Shown in pieces: positions 39,211 through 51,271 of a stretch of 64,000 nt of DNA (positions are counted from its first letter, which is position 1; every line of letters starts with the position of its first letter). The stretch is from assembly GCF_006345805.1 (NCBI RefSeq), contig NC_043008.1, forward strand, positions 21,018,001-21,082,000, in the 5' to 3' direction. Origin of the DNA: Octopus sinensis. Lineage: Eukaryota. Position numbers and translations under genes: made by a program. The notes beneath the pieces were generated by a model. It did not search any database. It had not been told where the DNA came from and was given only the letters and a program-made list of their open reading frames with translations.

Positions 39211-39753
39211 TACATATATGTGTATATATATACGCGCACACACATATATGTATATGCATATATTTATATGGGTGTGTGCTTTTGTGTTAACAACTCCACA
39301 ATCACTGCTTGGCAACTTGGGTTGGGCTGGAAGAAAGGAAGGCGGGAAGGAGGGAAGGAAAGAAAGAAGAAAGGAACGAATGAACACATGAAGGAACGAG
39401 TCAGCAAAGGAAGGGACTAATGAATGAACAAACGAAGACAGGGTGAAAGAGAGACAGACAGACAGGCAGGCTGAAAGACAAACAGACAGGCTGGCAGACA
39501 AGCAGACATGGATGTGGAAGGGAAGTAATCGTAAATGAAAAATCAGTTCGAGTTACTTCCCCTGTATAACACCCGGCAGGCAGACAGGCAGGCAGATAGG
39601 TTGCCCACAGCATGATGAAACTGACCAATGACCCTTCTTTGATGAAATACACTAAATGGTCACACAAACAAATCCAAATTGAAAGGAAAAAATTTTTTAA
39701 AAAGCGTTGAAGACTGAGGGTCAAAGCAAAACTGATGACAATAATTCCTGTAC

Positions 39754-39972
39754 CTTTGTGTTGACAATGAATGCTTTCGATGTGGAGAATGTTGACAACT
39801 GAATAGCAGATCCTATCGTGACCCTGGGAAGGGCTCCACTGACACCTCGCCACATACCGCATATTCCAAAATCTCTGTACGTCGTACTTAATCCCTGAAT
39901 CAAGCCATAATGTTTGTGTTGGTAACCTACAGCGATCGCTTCTGTAGCCTGAGCCTGGAGTTGGGTCTTCAC
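39754..39972 (-). CDS. SLC25A35: Mitochondrial carrier SLC25A35-like (SLC25A34/35, yeast OAC1 family), internal coding exon, 219 nt, phase 0/0
   Basis: Translates as VKTQLQAQATEAIAVGYQHKHYGLIQGLSTTYRDFGICGMWRGVSGALPRVTIGSAIQLSTFSTSKAFIVNTK, matching the recalled SLC25A35 segment VKTHLQAQ...IAVGHQYKH...GLWRG...LPRV.VGS..QL.TFS. Acceptor ttattttacag|GTG, donor AAG|gtacag. Confidence 0.92.
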
Positions 39973-40789
39973 CTGTAAAATAATAACAGGAAGAATGGTT
40001 TTAAAGAACTCATAGCAATACTTTGGAATGTTATCAAGTGTTATTTGAGCAACAGGGTTTTTGCAAAAAACAAACAATATTTTTCAGTCGATTAATCACA
40101 AAAGACATGGGAATGTTTTTTTTTACTTGATAATTTTATTTTTTATTATTTGATTTTTGATTTGTTTCAGTCATCAGACTGCAGCCCACAAATCAACCCT
40201 TATGCCCTCCACCCCGGTACTTAAGTTTTTTCAAACCTGGTACTTCTATCAGTACTTATTCTATATAAACACACCAACAACAGCTGCCAAGCAGTACTGA
40301 AGAACACAAAGACATACACACCATACATACATATATATAAATTAATTTAAAAAAAGAAACAAAGTAAAAAATCAATGGCTGTGTGTTAAGTAGCTTGCTA
40401 ACCAACCACATGGTTCCAGGTTCACTCCCACTGCGTAGCATCTTGGGCAAATGCCTTCTTCTGTAGCCTCGGGCTGACCAAAGCCTTGTGAGTGGATTTG
40501 GTAGACGGAAACTGAAAGAAGCCTGTCGTATATATGTATATATATATATGTGTATGTGTGCATGTATGTTTGTGTGTCTGTGTTTGTCCCCCTAGCATTG
40601 CTTGGCAACCGATGCTGGTGTATTTACGTCCCCGTAACTTAGCGGTTCGGCAAAAGAGACTGATAGAATAAGTACTGGGCTTACAAAGAATAAGTCCCGG
40701 GGTCGATTTGCTCGACTAAAGGCGGTACTCCAGCATGGCCACAGTCAAATGACTGAAACACGTAAAAGAGTAACCCGAGGACATGGTAC

Positions 40790-41335
40790 ACGCAAAGTAT
40801 TAAAAGACGCTCAGGGGAGGAAAGAAAGTTAGTTTTACGTTTGGGTATAGGAAACATCAGATGTGATGTGCAAGAGAGACGACTGGGTTGGTATGGTCAT
40901 GTGTTGCATACGGATGAGGAGAGCTGTGTGAAGAAGTATCACACCCTAACAGTGGTAGACGTAGACCCAGGAAGACTTGGGATGAGGTGGTGAAGCACAA
41001 CCCTCAAACACTCGGCCTCACAGAGGCAATGGCAAGCAACCGAGACCTTTGGAGTTTTGCTGTGCTTGAGAAGACCTGGCAAGCCAAGTGAAATCATTGT
41101 TGTGGCTGATGCCAATGCTACTTGACTGGCACCCATGCTTGTGGCACGTAAAAAGCACCATTCAAGCATGGCCAATGCTAGTGTCACTTGACTGGTCCCC
41201 ATGCCAGTGGCACATAAAAAGCACCTACTACAGTCTCGGAATTGTTGGAGTTAGAAAGGGCATCTAGCTGTAGAAACCTTGCCACATCAGACTGGAGCCT
41301 GGTACAGCCTGCTGGTTCACCAGTTCTCAATCAAG
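40790..41335 (+). mobile_element. Degenerate LINE 3' region, same family as 62300-62815
   Basis: RRLGWYGHVLH and a shared 3' UTR (gtgcttgagaagac..., gtagaaaccttgcca...atcagactggag). Confidence 0.65.
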
Positions 41336-41433
41336 TTGAATGGGTCGAGTCATTCAACTAAAAATTCAAGGCAGTGCCCCAGCATGGCCACAGTCTATGA
41401 CTGACTAAAACAAGATATATATATATATATATA

Positions 41434-41478
<45 letters not shown>

Positions 41479-41748
41479 ATATATATATAAATTAGAGAAG
41501 AACCACCTTTTATCAATTCAACAATGAAAGAACAATGATGTACTTAAATTATACCATATAGAAAAAAAATGAAATATACAATAAAACATATACCAATAAT
41601 TAAGTAAAGTACAAAATAATAAATAATAAAAAGTTATTAATTGAGATGGTGAAAGGGGAGATTGAGGTATATCAGAATAAAACAGTTGATGCTCAGTTAA
41701 GAGAATTACACATATGTATGTATGTATGCACTAACATACATATATATG

Positions 41749-42250
41749 TACCATATATACTTGAGTAATGGTCAATCTTACGTAAAAGTTGACGCTATAT
41801 TTTTGGCCAAAACCATGGGAATTTTCCATAGACCCCATATAAAAGTCGACCCTAGTATTTCACGTACAACAGGACAGCATTTGTGGGGTGAAGGTACCAT
41901 ATTATCATGTATGTAGAAATATCATTGTTACAAAATTGTGTGTCTACCTTAATGCAGCCTGCTCAATAGGTGGAATGCTTGGTGCTTATAATGGAATATT
42001 CAATACTTATAGTAAAACACCATTTAATAGCAAGCACTACACATCTGTTGATGGGTGCTACATCACCATTACTAAAATACATGCACAGGATATGCTGCAA
42101 GCCTGCATACATCTTCAAGTACAATAAACACATGTATCATACACTTGTTGGCGAACACTGGCAAATGCCACTGTCTGAATTCGTACAAAGGCATGGCTTT
42201 GGTAAGCCTAAAAACATCCAATTAATCGCTAGATCAGTGGTTCCCACGTG
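41749..42250 (+). mobile_element. Possible degenerate pogo/Tc2-like DNA transposon remnant
   Basis: Starts ccatatatacttgagta...cgtaaaagttgac, and later ccccatataaaagtcgacc, resembling recalled CCGTATATACTCGAGTATAAGTCGA termini. No recognisable transposase. Confidence 0.3.
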
Positions 42251-43419
42251 ACCTTTATATTTGCAAATTTTGGCTGGTTATATATATGTATGTATGTATG
42301 TATATATAATTGTATATCCATGTGTATGCGCCTGTGTGTGTCTGTACAGTTAACTGAGTATATTTCATCCCATGGTCTTTGACATCAGTTTTGATGCGTA
42401 GAATTGGTAATATTACAGTAATTTTTTTTTTTTTTTGCTTTTATTCGCTTGGGGATCAGTTAACTTCTGCTGCTGATACGGTACTTCAGACTCTAGTTTG
42501 AATTTCAGCCCCTCATAAGTAGTATCGATGTAGTAGTCGCGACCCTATAAATTTGACATTAAAAAAAAATGGTCTAAAATACTTCAAACTCTAGCTTGAA
42601 TTTCAGCCCCTCAAAAGTAGTATCCATGTAATTAGTCGCGACCCCAAAAATTTGACATTAAAAAAAAATTGTCTAAAAAATTTGACTTTAACACTAGTAT
42701 GTATGGTACGCATCTATACACGTATCTGTGCGTACATATTCAAGAGACATTTAACACTGAAAAGAAAAGCAGGGTAACACGAATAACATATTTAATGAAA
42801 TCTACATTGACCTTCAAAGGAGAATTATGAACTGTGATGGGAGGGGTGGTGTACTGATGGTGAAAGAGTGTAATGGTATGTGGATGGTTTTGAACTACTT
42901 TTAGTCAGGTAGGTCATGCAATGTGAGAGGAAGATTACTATGTCGCCTATGCATGTGTGTGCACACGAGTGCAGATGCGCATATGCACACATATATATGT
43001 GTGTGTGTGTATAAATGTGCATGTGAATGATGTATGTAGGTGTGTTGAGTGAACATGATTTATATACATTTATGCATATGCGTTTGTCCATGTGGATTAT
43101 GTATGAAGATACGTATGTATGCAGGTGTATATATATACATATATATACATATACATATATATACCTATATATACATATATATACCTATATATACATATAT
43201 ATACCTATATATACATATACATACCTATATATACATATACATATATATACCTATATATACATATACATATATATACCTATATATACATATACATATATAT
43301 ACCTATATATACATATACATACATGGGGTCGATTTGCTCCTACTTAAGGCGGTGCTCCAGCATGGCCTCAGTCACATGACTGAAACAAGTGAATATTATA
43401 TATATACATGTATATATAT

Positions 43420-43628
43420 ATTCACTTGTTTCAGTCATGTGACTGAGGCCATGCTGGAGCACCGCCTTAAGTAGGAGCAAATCGACCCCAGGACTTATTC
43501 TTTGTAAGCCTAGCACTTATTCTATCGGTCTCTTTTGCCGAACCACTAAGTTACGGGGACGTAAACACACCAGCATCAGTTGTCAAGCAATGTAAGGGGG
43601 ATAAACACAGAAACAAACATATACACAC

Positions 43629-43679
<51 letters not shown>

Positions 43680-43980
43680 CACACATACATACATATATAT
43701 ATATATACACACACACATACATACACACGCACATACATACACACACACACACGCACATACATACACACACACACACGCACACACATACACGCACATACAT
43801 ACACACACACACATAAATACACACACACACATACATAAACACACACAAACACATAAATACACACACACACACATAAATACACACACACACACACACACAC
43901 ACATAAATACATACACACACACACACATAAATACACACACACATAAATACACACACACACAAATACACACACACATACAC

Positions 43981-44033
<53 letters not shown>

Positions 44034-44195
44034 GACGGTTTTCTTTCAGTTTCCGTCTACCAGATCCACTCACAAGGCTTTGGTCGGCCCGAGGCTATAG
44101 TAAAAGACACTTGCCCAAGATGCCACGCAGTGGGAGTGAACTCGGAACCACGTGGTTGGTAAGCAAGCTACTTACCACACAGCCACTCCTGCGCT
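43420..44195 (-). mobile_element. SINE family A with expanded internal (CA/TA)n
   Basis: Head at about 44195, tail at about 43420, with about 400 bp of microsatellite inside. Confidence 0.85.
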
Positions 44196-44639
44196 TCAGA
44201 TAACGTTTCATTATTTTCAACGAATTTGATAAACAATACCAAAAATACACACACACACACACACACACGCACGCGCATGCACACGCACTTTATGTAACTA
44301 TTTACATCTTAAAAATATATTATTACATCACACGAAACCTGTTTACTGCATCTCTCTCTTTCGTTTCATTCTTAAAACGTTCATATTGCGAACTAAACAA
44401 ATATACACCTATACTTACAAACAAACAAACAATCAAAGACAGGTGGACAGATAAATATGACTTATTTACAGGTGTTGGCATCACACTTCGTATCCAGTAT
44501 TGCTTTTATGCATCAATGATTTCTTTCTATTTTGTTTTTTGTCAATTCGCTGTTGAAGTATATTTGTTTACCGACGAAAAACGTCTGTCTTGATATTCTG
44601 CGATTTGTCAGGTTAAGAAATTATTGTTTGTATGCGTGT

Positions 44640-45522
44640 GTCTGTGTGTATACATATATATTCATATATATATACATGCACATACATACATATTATATAT
44701 ATATACACATACATACATATATATATACATACACATACATACATATATATATACATACACATAGATACATATATATATACATACACATACATACATACAT
44801 ACACATACACATACATACATACATTACTATATATATACATACACATACATACATATATACATACACATACATACATATATATATACATACACATACATAC
44901 ATATATATATACATACACATACATACATATATATATACATACACATACATACATATATATATACATACACATATATATATATATACTTACATACACATAC
45001 ATATATATATATATACATACACATACATACATATATATATACATACACATACATACATATATATATATATACATACACATACATACATATATATATATAC
45101 ATACACATACATACATATATATATATACATACACATACATACATATATATATATACATACACATACATACATATACAACATATACATAATATTATATCTA
45201 TATATATATATATATATTACATACATATATATATATATATATATACATACATATATTATATATATACATACATACAATATATTATATATATACGACATAT
45301 ATATATATCTACATACATACATATATTATATATATACATACATATAATATATATATATATATATATACATACAATATATATATATATATATATATACATA
45401 CATTATATATATATATATTATATATACATACATATATATATATATATATAATACATATATATATATATATATACATACTATATATATATATATACATACA
45501 TTATATATATATATATATATAT

Positions 45523-45617
<95 letters not shown>

Positions 45618-45770
45618 CATACATAACACATATATATACATACATATATATATATACATACACATACATATACATAACTATATATACATAAACATACATA
45701 CATATATATATACATAAACATACATACATATATATATAACATACACATATATATACATAAACATACATAT
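44640..45770. repeat. Longest (TA/TACA/CA)n tract; similar tracts at 2420-2910, 4195-4795, 5295-5625, 14515-14695, 29385-29780, 33160-34440 and 43130-43320
   Basis: Directly visible; source of the YIYI/HTHT ORFs. Confidence 0.95.
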
Positions 45771-48189
45771 ACGTTAGCACGCCGGGCGAAATGCGTAGCA
45801 GTATTTCGTCTGTCGTTACATTCTGAGTTCAAATTCCGCCGAGGTCGACTTTGCCTTTCATCCTTTCGGGGTCGATAAATTAAGTACCAGTTACGTACTA
45901 GAATCGATGTAATCGACTTAAACCCTTTGTCTGTCCTTGTTTGTCCCCTCTATGTTTAGCCCATTGTGGGTAGTAAAGAAATATACATACATAGGTGCAT
46001 GGCACCTTAGGCAAGCGTTTTCTACTATAGCATTAGGCCAACCAAAGCCTTGTGAGTGGATTTGGTAGACGGAAACTGAAAGAAGCCCGTCGTATATATG
46101 TATGTGTGTTTGTGTGTCTGTGTTTGCCCCCCACTCCAACATCACTTGACAACCGATGATGGTGTTTTTACGTTCCCGTAACTTAGCGGTTCGGTTCGGC
46201 AAAAGCGACCGATAGAATAAGTACTAGGCTTACAAATGAATAAGTCCTGGTGTCGATTTGCTCGACTAAAGGCGGTGCTCCTGCATGGCCACAGTCAAAT
46301 AACTGAAAACAAGTAAAATAGTAAAAAAAAAAAATACTAATATATAAACACATACACACACACATATGCATGTATACGTTCCTCTTTAACTTTATGTTTA
46401 GAATTATCTCTAATCGTTTATGTATTCTACACACTGGATTGCTTACTAAGCATTCAGACCACCAGTTGAGCTGGCGTACGCGAAGCAGAGGACTTCTAGT
46501 GAGCTTCTCTCTCTCCTCGTTTCTTCCTCCTTGTTTTTCTTCCATATCTCCACCCCACTAGACATCCTTATAATCTGGTTTACTATATGTTCGTATATTG
46601 CGAAATGAATGACATTATCTATAAAAAAATTTTCCTTTTGGCTCTCTCTCTATTCTACCTTCGTATTTTTAACCTTTCTCCTCTTCCGAAACATCTTTCC
46701 TACCAACACTCTCTACCTCACTTTTACTAGTATGATTGCACTTTTACCGCTCAAACTTCTCGTATGTTGTTGCATAACCTATCCAATTGCTCATACATCT
46801 CTTCCCCTTCAACTTTTACTGATGTGGAGCCTCATATTTAGAATGTCCGATAACCAGATTTTCCTTGCTTTCAATGAACGGGTTCAGCTATGATACACTT
46901 ATAGCTTGAATTGATTTATATATCTGTTTCTTTATTGCCCACAAGGGGCTAAACATAGAGGGGACAAACAAGGACAGACAGACAAACGGATTAAGTCGAT
47001 TACATCGACTCCAGTGCGTAACTGGTACTTAATTTATCGACCCCGAAAGGATGAAAGGCAAAGTCGACCTCGGCGGAGTTTGAACCCAGAACGCAACGAC
47101 AGATGCAATACCGCTAAGCATTTCGCCCGGTATGCTAACATTTCTGCCAGCTCGCCGCCTTTTATATATCATCTTTGTAAATATAAATTTTGGCTTTTTA
47201 TACACGTTTTGTTGCCCCTTGCACATTATTGCGTCAATTTGCAACCGCATCTCTGAAACAGCTGTAAAGATTTACCGTAAATCATTTTTCTTCCACTTAA
47301 GTAAAATCTGTACATTTGTTTTGATGGTCTACCATAGACTATCTCCTTTCTTCGTAATTGTCTAGAGCCGGTGGGGTTGTGGAGTGCGATGCGTAGAAAG
47401 GGTTTTTTTGAGGATTGATGGTTTGTTGGTGGAACCTTCCAATAGGCTCCAGTAGACTGGATCGTATGAACTGTATGATAGCCAATCAGTGTGCAGCTTT
47501 GACGTTACGGTTTGGTGAGCGCACCACCAATTGATAACATCTTATTCATAAATATATTTTAACCGATCAGCGACCAGCTAAGTGAACACGCGAACACAGT
47601 TGTGTGTATATCTATATATATATTTCTTTACTGCCCACAAGGGGCTAAACATAGAGGGGACAAACAAGGACAGACATAGGTATTAAGTCGATTATATCGA
47701 CCCCTGTGCGTAACTGGCACTTATTTAATCGACCCCGAAAGGATGAAAGGTAAAGTCGACCTCGGCGGAACTTGAACTCAGAACGTACCGACAGACGAAA
47801 TACCGCTAAGCATTTCGCCCGGCGCGCTAACGTGTCTGCCAGCTCCCCGCCTATATATCTATATATGTGTGTGTGTGTGTGTGTATCCATCTATGCATGG
47901 ATGCATACATACATACATACATATTAAGCTCAAAAGCAGGAAAGCAAATCAACTCACAAGATTTTGGTCGATCAAGGCTATAGTAGGAGCCACTACTACA
48001 TAACACCGTGGTTTGTACAAACATCATACAATCTACCTTTCACTCAGAGAGAGAGAAGAGAGGGAAAGAGGAGAAAGAGAGAGGAAGGCGAGAGAGAGAC
48101 CTCTAGTCACAAAGAGATAATTGCTCTCTGTCTTTCTCTAGTCAATTCTTATTCTAGCAATTATGATTTCATAAAAATCTCCTCCTCTC

Positions 48190-48460
48190 TAACTTTGGTC
48201 ACCTAAGTAACAGAAATTATCTACAGCCTCTAAGGATCCTCCTGGGCAGTTGAGAAAAACCTTTCTCCCACGGGTTCTAAGTTCTTATTGCTCCAAGGAA
48301 TATGCCACAAACTCCACTCTTAGCTTCCCCGTGATTCCACTGCACTACACATTGCACCGAGTACACCATATGGAATTCGTAACAACTCTCCTACGCAATG
48401 AGCAATGCCATTTACTTGAGGGGAACCGATTCCTCCTTGTTTTCCCCCATTGCTGGAACG
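48190..48460 (-). mobile_element. Degenerate LINE PHD-finger fragment
   Basis: KWHCSLRRRVVTNSIWCTRCNV*CSGITGKL resembles W.C..C.KGVG.NSI.C..C..W.H..CSGI.G.L. Confidence 0.6.
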
Positions 48461-48964
48461 TTGATATTTGCTAAGTTAACTTTAACGCCAAACAACACCC
48501 TTTGATTCTACGTTTTGCTCCATGCCTAAAATTTCTGTAACTTTTTTTTACAGAGTTACCTATATGAAGGGTTATTAATGTAAGACTTCCAACAGCTACC
48601 TGATCTTACACTTCTGTTGTAGCCTGGAAGACAATAACGAATAGAAGATAAAACGATAAGTGAACCCTACTGCACTAAATTTTGTTACGGTATTCGTTGC
48701 CAACTTTCAAATTACTGAACGTACTCTTGTACATGGCGAAAGTGGCTCTCACCAGCCATTCATCTACACCTAGGTTCTATAGTGGCCACCAGATAAGAGG
48801 GCGAGAAATTGTCAAAAAGGCTTTCTCCAGGTAGAGTGAGGCAAAACGATAACTGAACCCTAGTGCACTAAAATTTGTTGCTGTACTCGTAACCAACTTT
48901 CAAATTACTGAACGTACTCCTGTACATGGCTAAAGTGGCTCTCACCAGCCATTCATCTATACCT

Positions 48965-49253
48965 GTGGAAACACATGGCCTAGTGGTTAGAGCAGTGGAC
49001 TCGAGGTCGAGGGATCGCGAGTTCGAATCTCAGACCGGGCGATGTGAGTGTTTATGAGAGAAACACCTAAGCTCCACGCGGCTCCGGTAGAAGGTAATGG
49101 CGAACTTCTGCTGACTCTTTCGCCACAACTTTCTCTCACTCTTTCCTTCTGCATCTTGCAGCTCACCTGCGACGGACCAGCGTCTCGTCCAGGTGGGGAA
49201 CCTATACGCCAAGGAAACCAGCCCTTATTAGCCAGGCGTGGCTCGAGAAGGAA
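48965..49253 (+). mobile_element. SINE family F (tRNA-Arg-like head)
   Basis: Head with ggacTCGaggtc anticodon-like loop; 15-bp TSD cattcatcta(t/c)acct. Other copies at 37859-38035, 52000-52310(-) and 61700-61950(-). Confidence 0.8.
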
Positions 49254-49633
49254 CATTCATCTACACCTAGGTTCGTTCTATAGTGGCCACCAGATAAGAG
49301 GGCGAGAAATTATCAAAAAGGCTTTCTCCGGGTAGAGTGGTTTACTTCCGAGTAAATATTTCCCCCGGCGTTGCTGGCGGTAACAATATTAATGCTTATT
49401 CCTTGGTATTTCTTTGTTCCTTTCCTCTGTTGCTCCTCAAATACCAAGTAACAACTTACAGGCGTAGGAGTGGCTGTGTGGTAAGTAGCTTGTTTACCAA
49501 CCACATGGTTCCGGGTTCAATCCCACTGCGTGGCACCTTGGGCAAGTGCCTTCTACTATAGCCACGGACCGACCAAAGCCTTGTGAGTGGATTTGGTAGA
49601 CGGAAACTGAAAGAAGCCCGTCGTATATATGAG

Positions 49634-49692
<59 letters not shown>

Positions 49693-50122
49693 GTGTTTGT
49701 CCCCCTAGCATTGCTTGACAACCGATGCTGGTGTGTTTATGTCCCAGTCACTTAGCGGTTCGGCAAAAGAGACCGATAGAATAAGTACTGGGCTTACAAA
49801 GAATAAGTCCCGGGGTCGAGTTGCTCGATTAAAAGCGGTGCTCCAGCATGGCCGCAGTCAAAATGACTGAAACAAGTAAAAGGAAAAAAAAAGAAGGAAA
49901 AAGACAGAACTTCCTCTTCCGTTTCCCCCGTTTGCTCTTCCTCTCTTTCTCTTGCTTGCCATTCACTCTCCTCTATCCTCATAAACACAACTACATTGTT
50001 TTCAATTTTCAATGGCAAAAACACTTGGAATGTCCAAGGGTATCGCTAATAATTTTATTTATCCATTTTTTTACCATCAACTTTTTTTTTGTTTTTTTTG
50101 CAATGGAGTGTTTTTCCCCATT

Positions 50123-50491
50123 TTATTTTATTCTTTTATTCATTTGCATCACTTCTTCCTTCTTTAGCTTCTCGCATTGGTTTCTCGATGCCTGTTGCGG
50201 CACTAAACTTGGAATGGTAAAGCCAGAAGGTATTACTGACCTTACGATGCAGATTGGCTTCTGTCGACATTTTGTGGCAACTGGAAGCCACCTGCCTTTA
50301 GTGTTCGTAAGCTTTTGTCTTAAACCGAGTATGCTCCATAATGAGCTTGCTTCAAGAACTGCCTGGCCAATAGCTTTGTTGGTTCCTGTTTCCAAGTACT
50401 GCCAGCGCATGAGCATAACTTGACAGTCTTCTTTTTGAAACATCCGTTCCCATCTTCCGCCGTTCTTTCTCCTTAGGTTTTGGTTCCTCAC
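50123..50491 (-). CDS. Second open frame overlapping the stop of the orphan ORF (GTGA overlap); possible frameshifted continuation
   Basis: Frame is open upstream through the A6 run at 50517-50522. Consensus-like donor AAG|gtcagt at 50241/50240. Confidence 0.3.
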   Translation of the reverse strand: MRNQNLRRKNGGRWERMFQKEDCQVMLMRWQYLETGTNKAIGQAVLEASSLWSILGLRQKLTNTKGRWLPVATKCRQKPICIVRSVIPSGFTIPSLVPQQASRNQCEKLKKEEVMQMNKRIK

Positions 50492-50865
50492 AAGTTCTTG
50501 CCTGTTGCACTCGCACTTTTTTCTTCTTCCAAGATCAAAACATTCTCCAATTTCGGAGCGAATTTAACGCTTTTGTGAGATTTAAATCTGCAATTGATAC
50601 ATCTACATCTTCTTGGAACTATATTTCCTTTGTGTGACGTAAATTCAAAAGTGATTTCATCTGATTGAGGAGTCGTGTTGATTGGCTCAGTAGCAACAGA
50701 ATTACTTGTCCTAGAACATGACATAAAAATATTCCTGAACTGTCGACCGGCCTGGGAGAAGCGTTTACCCACACGCTCTGTTAGACTGACCCTGACTGCT
50801 GGCGTCGTCTCAAAAGAAACTGAATCCAACGATGCGCATTCCTCCGGATCCCTATTCATAGCCAT
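50488..50865 (-). CDS. Orphan 125-aa ORF with RVxF-like PP1-docking motif (HKSVKF)
   Basis: Non-repetitive, complex sequence (MAMNRDPEEC...KSVKFAPKLENVLILEEEK...). Preceded by TATA/CCAAT-like motifs and also by a possible acceptor (ttcctcag|, exon start 50890). No family recognised. Confidence 0.5.
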   Translation of the reverse strand: MAMNRDPEECASLDSVSFETTPAVRVSLTERVGKRFSQAGRQFRNIFMSCSRTSNSVATEPINTTPQSDEITFEFTSHKGNIVPRRCRCINCRFKSHKSVKFAPKLENVLILEEEKSASATGKNL

Positions 50866-51055
50866 ATCCGTCTGTACGTTAAATTCAAATCTGAGGAATA
50901 TGTAAATTACTTTTTCTGTTTGGGTCTCAGCTTTCGGTTGAAATATTCTATCTGGCTTTCAACAAGCATTGAATATGATGAATTTAGTAAAATAACTTAA
51001 AAGTTATAATGCTGGCTTCAGAATACAGAGATGAAATTTTGCGGGAGCGTTTTCC

Positions 51056-51153
51056 CTTTTATAAAGGAATTTTAAGCCAAAAATCAAAAAGATTCAGATT
51101 GGCTTCGAATTAGTTTCTCTCAAAAAGACGTAATGCCATTGTGATGTCATCAC
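51056..51153 (-). promoter_or_regulatory. Putative core promoter: TGACATCA (ATF/CRE-like), CCAAT, TATAAAAG
   Basis: Minus-strand TATAAAAG at 51063-51056, CCAAT at 51102-51098 and a near-palindromic GTGATGACATCAC at 51153-51141, in canonical order about 190-290 nt upstream of the ATG at 50865. Confidence 0.4.
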
Positions 51154-51271
51154 CTCCTCACATCATCTCTAATTGCTTACAGATGCGTACATATGTATGC
51201 ATACACACACACACACATGCATTTATGTGTGCGTGTGTGTTTGTGTGTGTGTGCGCGCGCGTGCCCGTCTG

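Noticed and set aside
42495-42690. ~110-bp two-unit tandem repeat
   Set aside because: An ordinary local duplication with no coding or structural signal.
47470-47530. CCAAT plus TGACGT cluster as the SLC25A35 promoter
   Set aside because: No adjacent first coding exon was found; the motifs alone are too weak.
50241-50865. Assignment of the orphan ORF to PPP1R15/GADD34
   Set aside because: RVxF, the uORF and a GRWE are suggestive, but the diagnostic W..A...AR.GPWE..ARDR.RF..RI block is absent in all frames.
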